From assembly GCA_964460615.1 (NCBI GenBank), contig CAYWPX010000005.1:9524-73523 (forward strand): DNA of 64,000 nt, in the 5' to 3' direction. The translations under genes and the position numbers were made by a program. The DNA comes from an uncultured Planctomycetia bacterium. Its GTDB lineage: Bacteria > Omnitrophota > Gorgyraeia > CAYWPX01. The notes below the pieces were generated by a model, which saw only the letters and a program-made list of their open reading frames with translations, was not told where the DNA came from and made no database searches. Every line of letters starts with the position of its first letter. The first letter of the stretch is position 1. Of this stretch, positions 17,834 to 29,179 are shown piece by piece.

Positions 17834-18195
17834 TCTATCCATATTATTTTATTAATTAGTTAAAGACAATCCTTATATAATATGCTATAATTAAAAGAAT
17901 AAATATGGATCACGTTGCTATTAAACAAAATTAGCTATGCCGGTCAACCGGCAGATAAGCGATAAGTTAATGATAGACAGAGTTTACCGCTTATAATAGA
18001 TGCTTATGTTGAATAAGCTATTAGTTCAATATGAACATTATTTCTTCAGGGTTACAAAAACATTGAAAAACTTCAACTTCCCTTCATCTCCCAAGAAATC
18101 CTAATAAAAATAGGTAGCAAAGTAGTATTTACCATATTACAATGGGGGCAGATGCTCCTGAGATCACATCTCTTTACATTTTCTACGAAAGGTTT

Positions 18196-19302
18196 ATGAT
18201 AGATAAATTAAAACCACTAATTATTGGGGACCTCGAGATCAAGGTTCCTATTATTCAAGGCGGCATGGGAGTAAGATTGTCTCTGGCGCCATTAGCAGCA
18301 GCTGTGGCAAATTGCGGTGGGGCAGGAACTATAGCAAGTGTGGGCCTTCCGCCTGATACAGAAGACAACAGAATGAATAAGCTTGTCCGCGAAACAGAAT
18401 ACCTTCCTCGCGAGATAAAAAAAGCCCGGGAACTGTCCAAAAATGGCGTTATCGGGGTTAATATAATGGTAGCTTTGAGTAATTACGAGGCGATGGTAAA
18501 AACAACCGTAAAAGAAGGTGTGGATTTTATTATTTCCGGAGCCGGGTTACCGATAAGTCTTCCGGAATTTGCCGAAGGCACCAAAGCTAAACTGATACCT
18601 GTAATCTCTTCTAGCCGGGGCGCTGAGCTACTGATAAAAACATGGTTTAGGCGTTACAAACGATTTCCGGACGCATTGATCGTTGAAGGGCCGTTATCCG
18701 GAGGCCACATAGCCGGCCATACCCTTGAAGAACTGAGAGCCAATAAAGACAAAATTAAAAACGAACCCCTTCTGGAAAATGCCGTCAAAGAAGTGCTGGA
18801 GATGGTTAGAAAATACGAAATGGAACATAAAATATGCATACCTGTGATCGCGGCCGGAGGAATTTTTGACGGCAAGGATATTGCAAAATTTTTAAAGCTC
18901 GGAGCTTCCGGGGTCCAGATGGGGACAAGATTTATAGCCACCACAGAATGTTCGGCTGCCAATGAATTCAAAGAGCTCTATGTAAAGGCAAAGGACGAGG
19001 ATATAGTTTTTATACAAAGCCCTGTTGGAATGCCGGCAAAAGTGATTAGAACTAAATTTATTGATAAGATTATGCGAGGTGAAGGCGAACCATTTACGTG
19101 CAACTATTTATGCCTTAGGACCTGTGATCCCAATAAAGTCCCATACTGCATTGCCAAGGCGCTTATTAATGCGGCTGAGGGAAGGGTGGATCAAGGAGTG
19201 GTACTGGCCGGAACAAATGTTGCTAAAATCAAAAAGATCGTCCCGGTAAAGGAACTTATGAATGAGCTCGTTAGCGAAGCTGTTAAAGAGCTTAATAAAT
19301 AA
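18196..19302 (+). CDS. Nitronate monooxygenase / FabK-like FMN-dependent oxidoreductase (NMO family)
   Basis: IIQGGMGVRLS FMN-binding motif and TIM-barrel NMO-like pattern. ATG at 18196 chosen over the track's upstream start. Confidence 0.65.
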   Translation: MIDKLKPLIIGDLEIKVPIIQGGMGVRLSLAPLAAAVANCGGAGTIASVGLPPDTEDNRMNKLVRETEYLPREIKKARELSKNGVIGVNIMVALSNYEAMVKTTVKEGVDFIISGAGLPISLPEFAEGTKAKLIPVISSSRGAELLIKTWFRRYKRFPDALIVEGPLSGGHIAGHTLEELRANKDKIKNEPLLENAVKEVLEMVRKYEMEHKICIPVIAAGGIFDGKDIAKFLKLGASGVQMGTRFIATTECSAANEFKELYVKAKDEDIVFIQSPVGMPAKVIRTKFIDKIMRGEGEPFTCNYLCLRTCDPNKVPYCIAKALINAAEGRVDQGVVLAGTNVAKIKKIVPVKELMNELVSEAVKELNK

Positions 19303-19410
19303 ATTTGATTATTGTTCAAAAAAAATAGACAAGCCTATGAAAAAAACAACTTTTAGGCTTTTTTTCATAGTCTTTTTATAGTAAACTGATGATAAAAAAG
19401 GAGTATGCAA

Positions 19411-19887
19411 ATGGCAGGAAAAATAGTTATACTGGAAACTAATTTGGGAACAATAGAGCTTGAGCTTATGGAGAACATTGCTCCAAAAGCATGTGAAAAC
19501 TTTTCAACACTCGCTGAAAAAGGCTACTACAATAACCTCATATTCCACCGAGTAATCCAAGGGTTTATGGTACAGGGAGGGGATCCCACGGGAACCGGTA
19601 TGGGAGGAGAATCTATATGGGGCAAACCATTCCAGGACGAAGTTTCTATGGATGTAAAATTCAATAAACCCGGTATTCTCGCCATGGCTAATTCCGGGCC
19701 CAATACTAACGGCAGCCAGTTCTTTATTACAACCGCAAAAACACCGTGGCTGAATATGCGCCATACCATTTTTGGCAAGGTAATAAATGGTTATGATGTT
19801 GTAGAAAAAATCGAAAATAGTCCGACCGGCCAGGAGGATAGGCCCCTTGACACTATAAAAATCGTCAAAGCTTACGTAAAAAATTAA
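19411..19887 (+). CDS. ppiB: Cyclophilin-type peptidyl-prolyl cis-trans isomerase
   Basis: HRVIQGFMVQGGDPTGTGMGGESIWG, FFITT. AAGGAG RBS favours the second ATG. Confidence 0.85.
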   Translation: MAGKIVILETNLGTIELELMENIAPKACENFSTLAEKGYYNNLIFHRVIQGFMVQGGDPTGTGMGGESIWGKPFQDEVSMDVKFNKPGILAMANSGPNTNGSQFFITTAKTPWLNMRHTIFGKVINGYDVVEKIENSPTGQEDRPLDTIKIVKAYVKN

Positions 19888-19966
19888 TTTTAGTCTCCCA
19901 TGAGTCCGGCTGGATTATTTATTTATAGTAATGTATAATCATTATAACGCGGAAAGATAGGCCATT

Positions 19967-20728
19967 ATGCTCTTAGCCATAGACATAGGAAATTCAAATA
20001 TAGTATTCGGAGTTTTTAAGAACAATGAACTCAGTTTAACCTTCAGGTTTGAAACTAAACACCCGTCATACAAAAAGTCCATACTTTCTTTCTTAAAGAT
20101 TAATAGATTAAAAAAAGATTTGATAAAAAATATAATCATCTCTTCGGTAGTACCTGAGGCATCCGAGCGTCTGCAGAAAGATATTTATAATATCTTTCAC
20201 ATCAAGCCCCTCGTGTTAGGGAAAAACGTCCTTGTCCCCATAAAAAATCTTTACAAAAAACCAAAAGAAGTCGGCCAGGATAGACTTGTCAACAGTTTTG
20301 CCGCCAAGACGCTTTATGGAACACCTTCAATAACTATCGACTTGGGTACCGCCATTACATTTGACGTCATCTCCAAAAAAGGGGAATATCTTGGCGGGCT
20401 GATTTTTCCGGGATTAGAGCTGTCTATGGAAGCGCTATCTCTTAAGGCGGCGCTTTTACCCAGGATCACTCTCCGCAAACCCAAAAATCTAGTCGGAAAA
20501 GAGACTGCTGAAAGCATGAGAAGCGGTATCTACTACGGCATAGGATCCCTATGTGACGGTATCATAGAAAAGCTTAACAATAAATTTAACACCAGGTTTA
20601 AAGTCATAGCTACCGGTGGCCACTCCCGAGAAATTGCAAATTTCTGCGAATTAATAGATAAAGTTGATATGGATCTTACATTAAAAGGTTTGAATTTAAT
20701 ATTTAATGAAATATATCAAAATAATTAG
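19967..20728 (+). CDS. coaX: Type III pantothenate kinase
   Basis: MLLAIDIGNSNIVFGVF N-terminus and acetate/sugar kinase fold motifs (GTAITFD, ATGG). Confidence 0.8.
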   Translation: MLLAIDIGNSNIVFGVFKNNELSLTFRFETKHPSYKKSILSFLKINRLKKDLIKNIIISSVVPEASERLQKDIYNIFHIKPLVLGKNVLVPIKNLYKKPKEVGQDRLVNSFAAKTLYGTPSITIDLGTAITFDVISKKGEYLGGLIFPGLELSMEALSLKAALLPRITLRKPKNLVGKETAESMRSGIYYGIGSLCDGIIEKLNNKFNTRFKVIATGGHSREIANFCELIDKVDMDLTLKGLNLIFNEIYQNN

Positions 20729-20800
20729 AAAAACTCTTTTTTTACCAGGTTTTTTCTTAAAAATCCTCCATAAATCCTATCTAATATCCTAAAATAATGC

Positions 20801-20829
20801 TTGATTTTTCCTTAATTTACTATTAGAAT
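20801..20829 (+). promoter_or_regulatory. Sigma70-like promoter TTGATT-N17-TAGAAT upstream of groES
   Basis: Hexamers read directly. Followed 10 nt later by a CIRCE-like inverted repeat. Confidence 0.45.
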
Positions 20830-20838
20830 AGGCCCCTG

Positions 20839-20865
20839 TTAGCAGTTTAGTCTAACGAGTGCTAA
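20839..20865 (+). promoter_or_regulatory. CIRCE-like HrcA operator (TTAGCAGTT-N9-GAGTGCTAA)
   Basis: 9-N9-9 inverted repeat matching CIRCE consensus TTAGCACTC-N9-GAGTGCTAA with 2 mismatches in the left arm, ~45 nt upstream of groES. Confidence 0.6.
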
Positions 20866-20911
20866 AAAGCCATAAATAAACCAAAAAAAATTTGAAAGGA
20901 GGGTTTTGCAA

Positions 20912-21199
20912 ATGGCAATACAACCACTAGGTGACAGAGTAGTTGTAGAAGTATTAGAGGCAAAGGAAAAAACTCAGGGAGGCATCTTTCTTCCCGAAAC
21001 AGCTAAAGAAAAGCCTCAGGTAGGCAAAGTAATTGCAGTTGGCAAAGGCCGATTAGTAAATGACGGCAAAGTTGTACCGCTTGATGTAAAAATCGGTGAT
21101 AAGATCCTTTTCGGGAAATATTCCGGTAACGAAATACACATTGATGATAAGGAATATTTGATAATTAAAGAAGAAGAAATATTTGGTATAGTGAAATAA
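20912..21199 (+). CDS. groES: Co-chaperonin GroES
   Basis: MAIQPLGDRVVVEVLEAKEKTQGGIFLPETAKEKPQ. GGAGGG RBS favours the second ATG. Confidence 0.9.
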   Translation: MAIQPLGDRVVVEVLEAKEKTQGGIFLPETAKEKPQVGKVIAVGKGRLVNDGKVVPLDVKIGDKILFGKYSGNEIHIDDKEYLIIKEEEIFGIVK

Positions 21200-22903
<1,704 letters not shown>

Positions 22904-22952
22904 AATAGCGAATGGCAAACAGCCAATAGCTAAAAATACAAAAACAATAAAT

Positions 22953-22988
22953 AACCCCTTCAAGCAATTGGAGGGGTTATTTTATTAC
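22953..22988 (+). terminator. Rho-independent terminator after groEL
   Basis: Hairpin CCCCTTCAA-gcaa-TTGGAGGGG followed by TTATTTTATT. Confidence 0.6.
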
Positions 22989-23106
22989 AAATACTCTTGA
23001 CATTTATGCCTGCCGCATATATGATTATAGGTTAAATAAGAGACTATTCTGCCAGTATTTTTCGTTTAATTATTACTTTAAAAAAATAGATTTGGAGGAT
23101 TTTATA

Positions 23107-24267
23107 ATGGGAGTCTGGATAGGAAAAGGCCGAAGAGTAAGACGTTGTTATGGTTTTGATGAGGTAGCTTTAGTTCCGGGAAATGTAACTATAAACCCAA
23201 ATGAAGTTGACACCAGCTGGGAAATTAACGGAAAAAAATTCAAAGTTCCGATACTTGCAGCCGCTATGGACGGAGTAGTAGACGTAAATTTTGCTATAAA
23301 AATGGGAAAAATGGGCGGGGTAGCTGTATTGAACCTCGAAGGAATACAAACCAGATACGAAAACCCAAATGAGGTCCTTGATGCAATTTCTAAGGCCACA
23401 CCTGAAAAAGCCACCGAACTTGTCCAGGGCATATACACCAAACCTATCAAAGAAAAACTCATTGAAAAAAGAATAAAAGAAATAAAGAATGCCAAAGTCC
23501 CTTGCGTAGTAAGTTCTATACCTCAAAGGGCTGAAAAATTTGGCAAAATTGCCCAAGATGCCGGCTGCGACATATTTATCGTTCAATCCACTGTATGCAC
23601 GGTTAAGCACGTTGCCACCGAATACAAGACCCTGGATTTACAGAAATTCTGCAGATCGATGAAAATTCCTGTGGTTCTTGGAAACTGCGTAACTTATGAA
23701 GTCGCCTTGGACCTTATGGAAGCAGGAGCATCCGCATTATTGGTCGGGATAGGACCGGGAGCAGCTTGTACCACCAGAGGAGTTCTTGGTATAGGCGTAC
23801 CTCAGGTTACTGCCACTATTGACTGCGCATCCGCAAGAGATTTTTTCTACAAAAGAAAAGGTAAATACGTCCCGATTATCACTGATGGCGGAATGTCCAC
23901 CGGAGGAGAGATCTGCAAAGCTTTCGCTTCCGGAGCAGATGCGGCAATGGTCGGGTCGGCTTTCGCAAGAGCAAAAGAGGCCCCCGGAAGAGGTTACCAC
24001 TGGGGCATGGCAACACCGCACGCCAATTTACCGAGAGGAACAAGAATCAGAGTTGGAACAACCGGCACACTGGAAGAAATTCTTTTTGGCCCGGCCAAGC
24101 TTGATGACGGCTCTCAGAACCTTATGGGCGCTCTTCAAACTTCTATGGGTAATGTGGGTGCAAGAAATATTAAAGAGATGCAGCTTACCGAAATTATCAT
24201 TGCACCATCCATTCAAACGGAAGGAAAAGTATTTCAGGTTGCTCAAAAAGTAGGAATGGGGAAATAA
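23107..24267 (+). CDS. IMP dehydrogenase/GMP reductase-family protein without CBS domains
   Basis: Catalytic-loop motif GIGPGAACTTR (IMPDH GIGPGSICTTR), TIM-barrel, ~385 aa, no CBS insertion. GGAGGA RBS at 23107. Confidence 0.6.
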   Translation: MGVWIGKGRRVRRCYGFDEVALVPGNVTINPNEVDTSWEINGKKFKVPILAAAMDGVVDVNFAIKMGKMGGVAVLNLEGIQTRYENPNEVLDAISKATPEKATELVQGIYTKPIKEKLIEKRIKEIKNAKVPCVVSSIPQRAEKFGKIAQDAGCDIFIVQSTVCTVKHVATEYKTLDLQKFCRSMKIPVVLGNCVTYEVALDLMEAGASALLVGIGPGAACTTRGVLGIGVPQVTATIDCASARDFFYKRKGKYVPIITDGGMSTGGEICKAFASGADAAMVGSAFARAKEAPGRGYHWGMATPHANLPRGTRIRVGTTGTLEEILFGPAKLDDGSQNLMGALQTSMGNVGARNIKEMQLTEIIIAPSIQTEGKVFQVAQKVGMGK

Positions 24268-24268
24268 C

Positions 24269-24772
24269 ATGGCTGACGAAATAAAAAGACCAAAATTCAG
24301 TTTAACTACCATCCAGACAGTGCTTGCAATTTTAGTTGCTTTGGGCACTCTGACCGCTACCACACTCACGATAAAAAAGAATTTTTTTACTGAAAAATCG
24401 GACGGTAACTTGATAGGTGTTGTTAAAGATAAGAAAAATTTTAAGCCCATAGAAGGCGTCACCGCTGAGATTTATGATTCTTCAAATGCTCTCCTTTTTT
24501 CGCAGATCACGAGCCCTGAAGGAACATTCAAGAAAAATAAACTCAAAGAAGGCCCCTATACCATCAAAGTATCTAACAATAACTATGAACCTGAAATAAA
24601 AACCGTATCTATCATAGGCAAAGAAACATCCGAAGTGGTCATTTACATGGTCCCTTTAGCCAAAGAAAAAGATGCCGTTACTAAAGCCCTGGAACAAAAG
24701 GCTGCTGAGTTCATATCCGGTTTCGGGAAAACCAAAGAGACAAGCAATAATCCTCCTTTAACAACCCAATAA
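24269..24772 (+). CDS. Membrane-anchored protein with a carboxypeptidase-regulatory-like beta-sandwich domain
   Basis: TM anchor plus IEGVTAEIYD...GPYTIKVSNNNYEP pattern typical of CarboxypepD_reg-like domains. Confidence 0.35.
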   Translation: MADEIKRPKFSLTTIQTVLAILVALGTLTATTLTIKKNFFTEKSDGNLIGVVKDKKNFKPIEGVTAEIYDSSNALLFSQITSPEGTFKKNKLKEGPYTIKVSNNNYEPEIKTVSIIGKETSEVVIYMVPLAKEKDAVTKALEQKAAEFISGFGKTKETSNNPPLTTQ

Positions 24773-24775
24773 TAG

Positions 24776-25513
24776 ATGTTTAAAATAGATGATGGAATTT
24801 TCAAAAATTTTTTTGGCATAGATAGAGAACGCATTAATTCAAAAATCATTATCAGCCCCTATATTCCCGCAAAATCTTTTAATAGCTTTATAGAAAAAAA
24901 AGAAGAATTTTGCGGGATTCTTTTTTCCGGTTTTAATACCAAGGATTTTACTTACATTAAATCCGGGATAGGTTCCAACCTGACCGGTGACTGCGTATTA
25001 TGCCTTAAGTACAGCCCTGCAAAATCTGCAGTATTTATTGGGAGTATCGGGGGGATGAACGGCCTGGCATTAGGCGATATAGTTATGCCCAAAAGGGCTT
25101 ATAATGGCGAGGGTTTTTCAAAATATCACAAAGATAATGCCGAACCGGTTGAAATACACAGCGATAAATTTGTCGATATAGACACGGTTTATCTAAAAAA
25201 AACCATTCAAACGGCGGATAAATTAAATATTAATTATAAAGTTGAGGATATATTCACTATCGGGTCTATCTTCGGGGAAGAAGATAGTTTTTTGAAGTTT
25301 CTTGAAAAAGAATCGTTTTTCGGGGTTGATCTGGAACTTTCTGCTTTTTTCTCTGCTTCCAAGAAAATAGGTATCAACTATACGGCTATAACCTATGTTT
25401 CGGATCTGCCATTATCAAAACCTCTTCACAAAATGGTTAGTCATAAAAACAATGTTCGCAGCAAAAACCCTCTAAAAACTTCCATTGAACTTGCTATTAA
25501 AATCATTGAATGA
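24776..25513 (+). CDS. PNP/UDP phosphorylase-superfamily nucleosidase (MTA/SAH-nucleosidase- or futalosine-hydrolase-like)
   Basis: C-terminal FGVDLELSAFFSASKKIGINYTAITYVSDLP matches the phosphorylase family 1 fold. Confidence 0.55.
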   Translation: MFKIDDGIFKNFFGIDRERINSKIIISPYIPAKSFNSFIEKKEEFCGILFSGFNTKDFTYIKSGIGSNLTGDCVLCLKYSPAKSAVFIGSIGGMNGLALGDIVMPKRAYNGEGFSKYHKDNAEPVEIHSDKFVDIDTVYLKKTIQTADKLNINYKVEDIFTIGSIFGEEDSFLKFLEKESFFGVDLELSAFFSASKKIGINYTAITYVSDLPLSKPLHKMVSHKNNVRSKNPLKTSIELAIKIIE

Positions 25514-26901
25514 CCATGCAAAGACTCAATAACAATTTATTCCGTGAATCAGAAATCATATTCGATCAAAAGACAAAAGGGATCTTCGGTATAAATAAAT
25601 CGAAAGACCTTGTGCGCTTGATATTTGAGATATCAATTAGAAATTCTATAAGTCCTGAAAAGATATTTAATAACCCAACGATCTCAAATACGCTTGAAAA
25701 TTCCTTGCTCTCCCAAAACAAAAAATTTGATGCTATTAAATCTCATCTTGTATCGCTCCGTTTCCCTAATTGCTATGACAAATATGACGATCTTTTTATT
25801 GGAGGCGTATCAAAAAAAGAGGATTTCGGCACAGATATGCCCGTAACCTCAGATAAATTTGAACCATTAAGGATATTTATCGAAAATGGCGCCAAGGATT
25901 CTATTCTCAGCAAGCGCGTATGCCGCCTTTTTCCAAATAGTGAAATAATCCAGTTAACATCCCTTAAAGAATACAAAAGTTTTAGAAAAAAAATATTTTC
26001 TAAATGGAAGCAGGACCTCTTCATTACAAATGAAAAATTTGACTTTTTTAAGGATTGCCCCTGCACAAAAGGAGCCGTATCTTGTGGGTATAAAATTTTT
26101 AATATCGGATTCGGCTGCCCGTTTGATTGCACATACTGCTACTTACAGGAATACACAAATTTTCCCGGCATAATCCTGCAGGCCAATATCGAAGACTATC
26201 TAAAAGCTTTTTCATGGTCATTCAAAGGGAAAGAGAAATTACGCATTGGAACAGGTGAATTCGCTGATTCATTAGCCCTGGACCATGTTTCTGAATACTC
26301 AAAAACACTGGTACCTTTTTTTGGCGGCACAAGCCACACGCTTGAGCTTAAAACAAAAAGCGCAAATATAAACAATCTGAAAGGACTCAATCATAATGGC
26401 CAAACAGTTATATCGTGGTCATTAAACCCCCAAAAGATAATAGATTCCGATGAGCATAAAAGCGCATCTCTATCCCAAAGGCTTGAAGCTATGGAAAAGA
26501 CGCTAGAGTGGGGCTATAGGGTGGCAGCCCATTTTGATCCGATAATATTCTATCCGGGATATCTGGATGACTACAAAGAAGTAATTGATAAACTGTTTAA
26601 GACATCCAAAGGAAAGCTTAGCTGGATAAGCCTCGGAACTTTCCGTTTTAGACCGGGATTAAAATCAATTATTGAAGAAAGATTCCCTGAGACTCGGTAC
26701 ATCTATGAAGAATTTATTTTAGACTGGGACAAAAAAGCCAGATATTTCCCAAATTTGCGCGTGGATATATATAAAAATATCTCAAAATTGTTTAACAAAT
26801 TCGAACTAACGCCTGTTTATCTCTGTATGGAAAAAAAATCTATATGGGAAAAGATCGATCTAGAATCCAAGGCCTTGACTTATCTTAGTAGTACTAATTA
26901 A
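25510..26901 (+). CDS. Radical SAM protein of the spore-photoproduct-lyase (SplB)-like family with a ~110-aa N-terminal extension
   Basis: GFGCPFDCTYCY (CxxxCxxC embedded in the SplB-type CxYCY context). Start overlaps the upstream stop (ATGA). Confidence 0.55.
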   Translation: MTMQRLNNNLFRESEIIFDQKTKGIFGINKSKDLVRLIFEISIRNSISPEKIFNNPTISNTLENSLLSQNKKFDAIKSHLVSLRFPNCYDKYDDLFIGGVSKKEDFGTDMPVTSDKFEPLRIFIENGAKDSILSKRVCRLFPNSEIIQLTSLKEYKSFRKKIFSKWKQDLFITNEKFDFFKDCPCTKGAVSCGYKIFNIGFGCPFDCTYCYLQEYTNFPGIILQANIEDYLKAFSWSFKGKEKLRIGTGEFADSLALDHVSEYSKTLVPFFGGTSHTLELKTKSANINNLKGLNHNGQTVISWSLNPQKIIDSDEHKSASLSQRLEAMEKTLEWGYRVAAHFDPIIFYPGYLDDYKEVIDKLFKTSKGKLSWISLGTFRFRPGLKSIIEERFPETRYIYEEFILDWDKKARYFPNLRVDIYKNISKLFNKFELTPVYLCMEKKSIWEKIDLESKALTYLSSTN

Positions 26902-26912
26902 ATAAAAAATAT

Positions 26913-26940
26913 TTGCAATTTTCATTTGTTATGGTATAAT
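26913..26940 (+). promoter_or_regulatory. Sigma70-like promoter TTGCAA-N16-TATAAT
   Basis: Hexamers read directly, ~45 nt upstream of the 26988 start. Confidence 0.5.
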
Positions 26941-26987
26941 GAAAAAAATTAATTTTTCAACCTTTCCAATTTAAAGGAGCCAAAAGA

Positions 26988-27779
26988 ATGGATAAATCTC
27001 CCGCCAAATTAAATATGAGCGTGCAGATAATAGTCATTATCGTACTGGTAGTTTTCTGCGGAATCCTTTTTGTTTTAAATAATGGGGAAAAAACAAGGCG
27101 TAAGCAGGTTGAGACCAAGCTTGTTGAAACTTTAAAAGCTAAAGAAGAAACCCAAAAAAACCTAAACGATCTTAAGACGGCAAAAGATGCCATGGAAACC
27201 AAGATAACGGGGTTGGAAGCTGATATTAAAAAACTTAATGATTCTTTAGTAAAAGAAAAAGGCGAGAAGACGGTCCTGAAAACAGATCTTGATGCTAAGA
27301 CATCTATGATAAATGACCTAAATGAACAACTTGACAGAGAAAGAAGCGATAAAAATGCTATCAACGACAGGCTTACAAAAACCCAGAGAGACCTTGACGG
27401 CTTAAAAGCCCAGATCGACCAACTTACAAAAATAAAGATGGACCTGGAAGCAAAAGTCAAAGAACTGTCCGAAATGCCGTCACCTCAGGCTCTTGACAAG
27501 GAAGGCGGCGTAGAATTAGAAAAAATCGTAGTAAGCGCCGATTCCAAAGTTAAAGGCGAAGTTGTCGTAGTAAACACAAACCTTGGATTTGTTGTCGTAA
27601 ACCTTGGTTCAAAAAATAACATAACAGCAGGAACTATCTTAGGCATATACAGAAATGAAAGCTTTATAGGTGAAGTTCAGGTAGATAAGGTATACGAGGG
27701 GATCTCATCTGCCAATATTTTACCTGAATGGAAAAATGTTGCTTTCAAAGAAGGCGACAAAGCTATTATAATGGAATAA
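26988..27779 (+). CDS. Membrane-anchored coiled-coil protein with a C-terminal beta domain
   Basis: TM helix, ~130 aa heptad-rich region (LKTDLDAKTSMINDLNEQLDRERSDKNAINDRLTKTQRDLDGLKAQIDQL), beta-rich C-terminus. Confidence 0.45.
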   Translation: MDKSPAKLNMSVQIIVIIVLVVFCGILFVLNNGEKTRRKQVETKLVETLKAKEETQKNLNDLKTAKDAMETKITGLEADIKKLNDSLVKEKGEKTVLKTDLDAKTSMINDLNEQLDRERSDKNAINDRLTKTQRDLDGLKAQIDQLTKIKMDLEAKVKELSEMPSPQALDKEGGVELEKIVVSADSKVKGEVVVVNTNLGFVVVNLGSKNNITAGTILGIYRNESFIGEVQVDKVYEGISSANILPEWKNVAFKEGDKAIIME

Positions 27780-27819
27780 AATATAGAGTACTTGACAATT
27801 TGCTTGGACTCCTTAAAAA

Positions 27820-27850
27820 AAGCGGATGAATAATCTTCCTCCGCTTTTTT
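27820..27850 (+). terminator. Rho-independent terminator
   Basis: AGCGGATGAA-taatc-TTCCTCCGCT stem followed by TTTTTT. Confidence 0.6.
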
Positions 27851-27893
27851 AATGCATATATCTTCGAAAACTACCCAACCAATTAGAGTGACC

Positions 27894-29174
27894 ATGGCTC
27901 AATTCAGCATAAATAAAGCCTCTGAAATTAGAGGCGAGATAAACCTTGCCGGCGATAAATCAATAACCCACAGGGCTATTATGATCGGGGCGATCACGAA
28001 CGGCCTTACCCGCATAAAGAACTTTTCACTAAGCAATGATTGTTCAGTAACTATCAGAGCTTTTCAGGATATGGGCGTTGCAATAGAAAATAAGCAGAAT
28101 GAACTTATTATCCATGGTAAGGGGTTCGACCTTAAACCTCCTAAAAACGATCTTTTTATGGCAGATTCAGGCACATCGATCAGGCTTTTATTGGGCATAT
28201 TAGCGGGACAAAATTTTAAAACCTCTCTTTTTGGAGATGATGGGCTGGCAAAAAGGCCCATGAAAAGAGTGACCGAACCTCTCAGGTTAATGGGCGCTAA
28301 AATAACCGGCCCGCAGGATGCAAATTTTATTCCCATCACAATTGAAGGCGGCAAACTAAGATCTATTGAATACACGACACCTGCCGCCAGCGCCCAAATA
28401 AAATCAGCCATACTGCTTGCAGGGCTCTTTGCTGATAAAACCACCAGAGTAACAGAGCCTGCGAAGTCGAGAGACCACACGGAAAGAATGCTTAAGCTCT
28501 TCGGCGCAAAGATAGACGTGGATAATCTAACAGTATCCGTAGAACCCCGCCCGGGTCTAAAGCCGCAGTCTCTTACCATACCCGGAGATATTTCTAGCGC
28601 TGCCTTTTTTATCGTAGGTGCTACTATTGTAAAAAATTCTGAGCTTACTATTAAATCCGTCTCCCTGAACCCTACCAGGATCGGCATTATCAATGCTATT
28701 ACAAAAATGGGGGGTAAGATTGACGTAGTTGAAAAACCCGGTGCATTTGAACCTATTGGGGATATTATCATAAAAAGCTCTCAACTAAAAAGCATTACTA
28801 TAGAAAAAGATGAAATACCATCCCTTATCGATGAATTACCAATACTCATGGTTGCGGCTAGCTTTGCAGACGGCACCACTATCATAAGATCGGCCGGGGA
28901 ATTAAGAATAAAAGAGACTGACCGCATAAACTCCATGCTTACAAATCTCAAATCGCTGGGCGTCGATATAAATGCAACCGGGGATGATATTGTTATTGTC
29001 GGAAAACCAATTTTACATGGAGGAAAGGCTATGAGCTTTAACGACCACAGAACAGTCATGGCCATGGCTATCGCAGGACTAAGAACCGAAAACGATGTTA
29101 TAATTGACGATATCGATTGTATCAAGAAATCTTTTCCGGATTTTTTTGATAAACTTAATGGTATCATTAAATAA
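27894..29174 (+). CDS. aroA: 3-phosphoshikimate 1-carboxyvinyltransferase (EPSP synthase)
   Basis: LAGDKSITHRAIMIGA and full-length EPSPS pattern. Start taken at MAQFSI. Confidence 0.9.
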   Translation: MAQFSINKASEIRGEINLAGDKSITHRAIMIGAITNGLTRIKNFSLSNDCSVTIRAFQDMGVAIENKQNELIIHGKGFDLKPPKNDLFMADSGTSIRLLLGILAGQNFKTSLFGDDGLAKRPMKRVTEPLRLMGAKITGPQDANFIPITIEGGKLRSIEYTTPAASAQIKSAILLAGLFADKTTRVTEPAKSRDHTERMLKLFGAKIDVDNLTVSVEPRPGLKPQSLTIPGDISSAAFFIVGATIVKNSELTIKSVSLNPTRIGIINAITKMGGKIDVVEKPGAFEPIGDIIIKSSQLKSITIEKDEIPSLIDELPILMVAASFADGTTIIRSAGELRIKETDRINSMLTNLKSLGVDINATGDDIVIVGKPILHGGKAMSFNDHRTVMAMAIAGLRTENDVIIDDIDCIKKSFPDFFDKLNGIIK

Positions 29175-29179
29175 ATATT

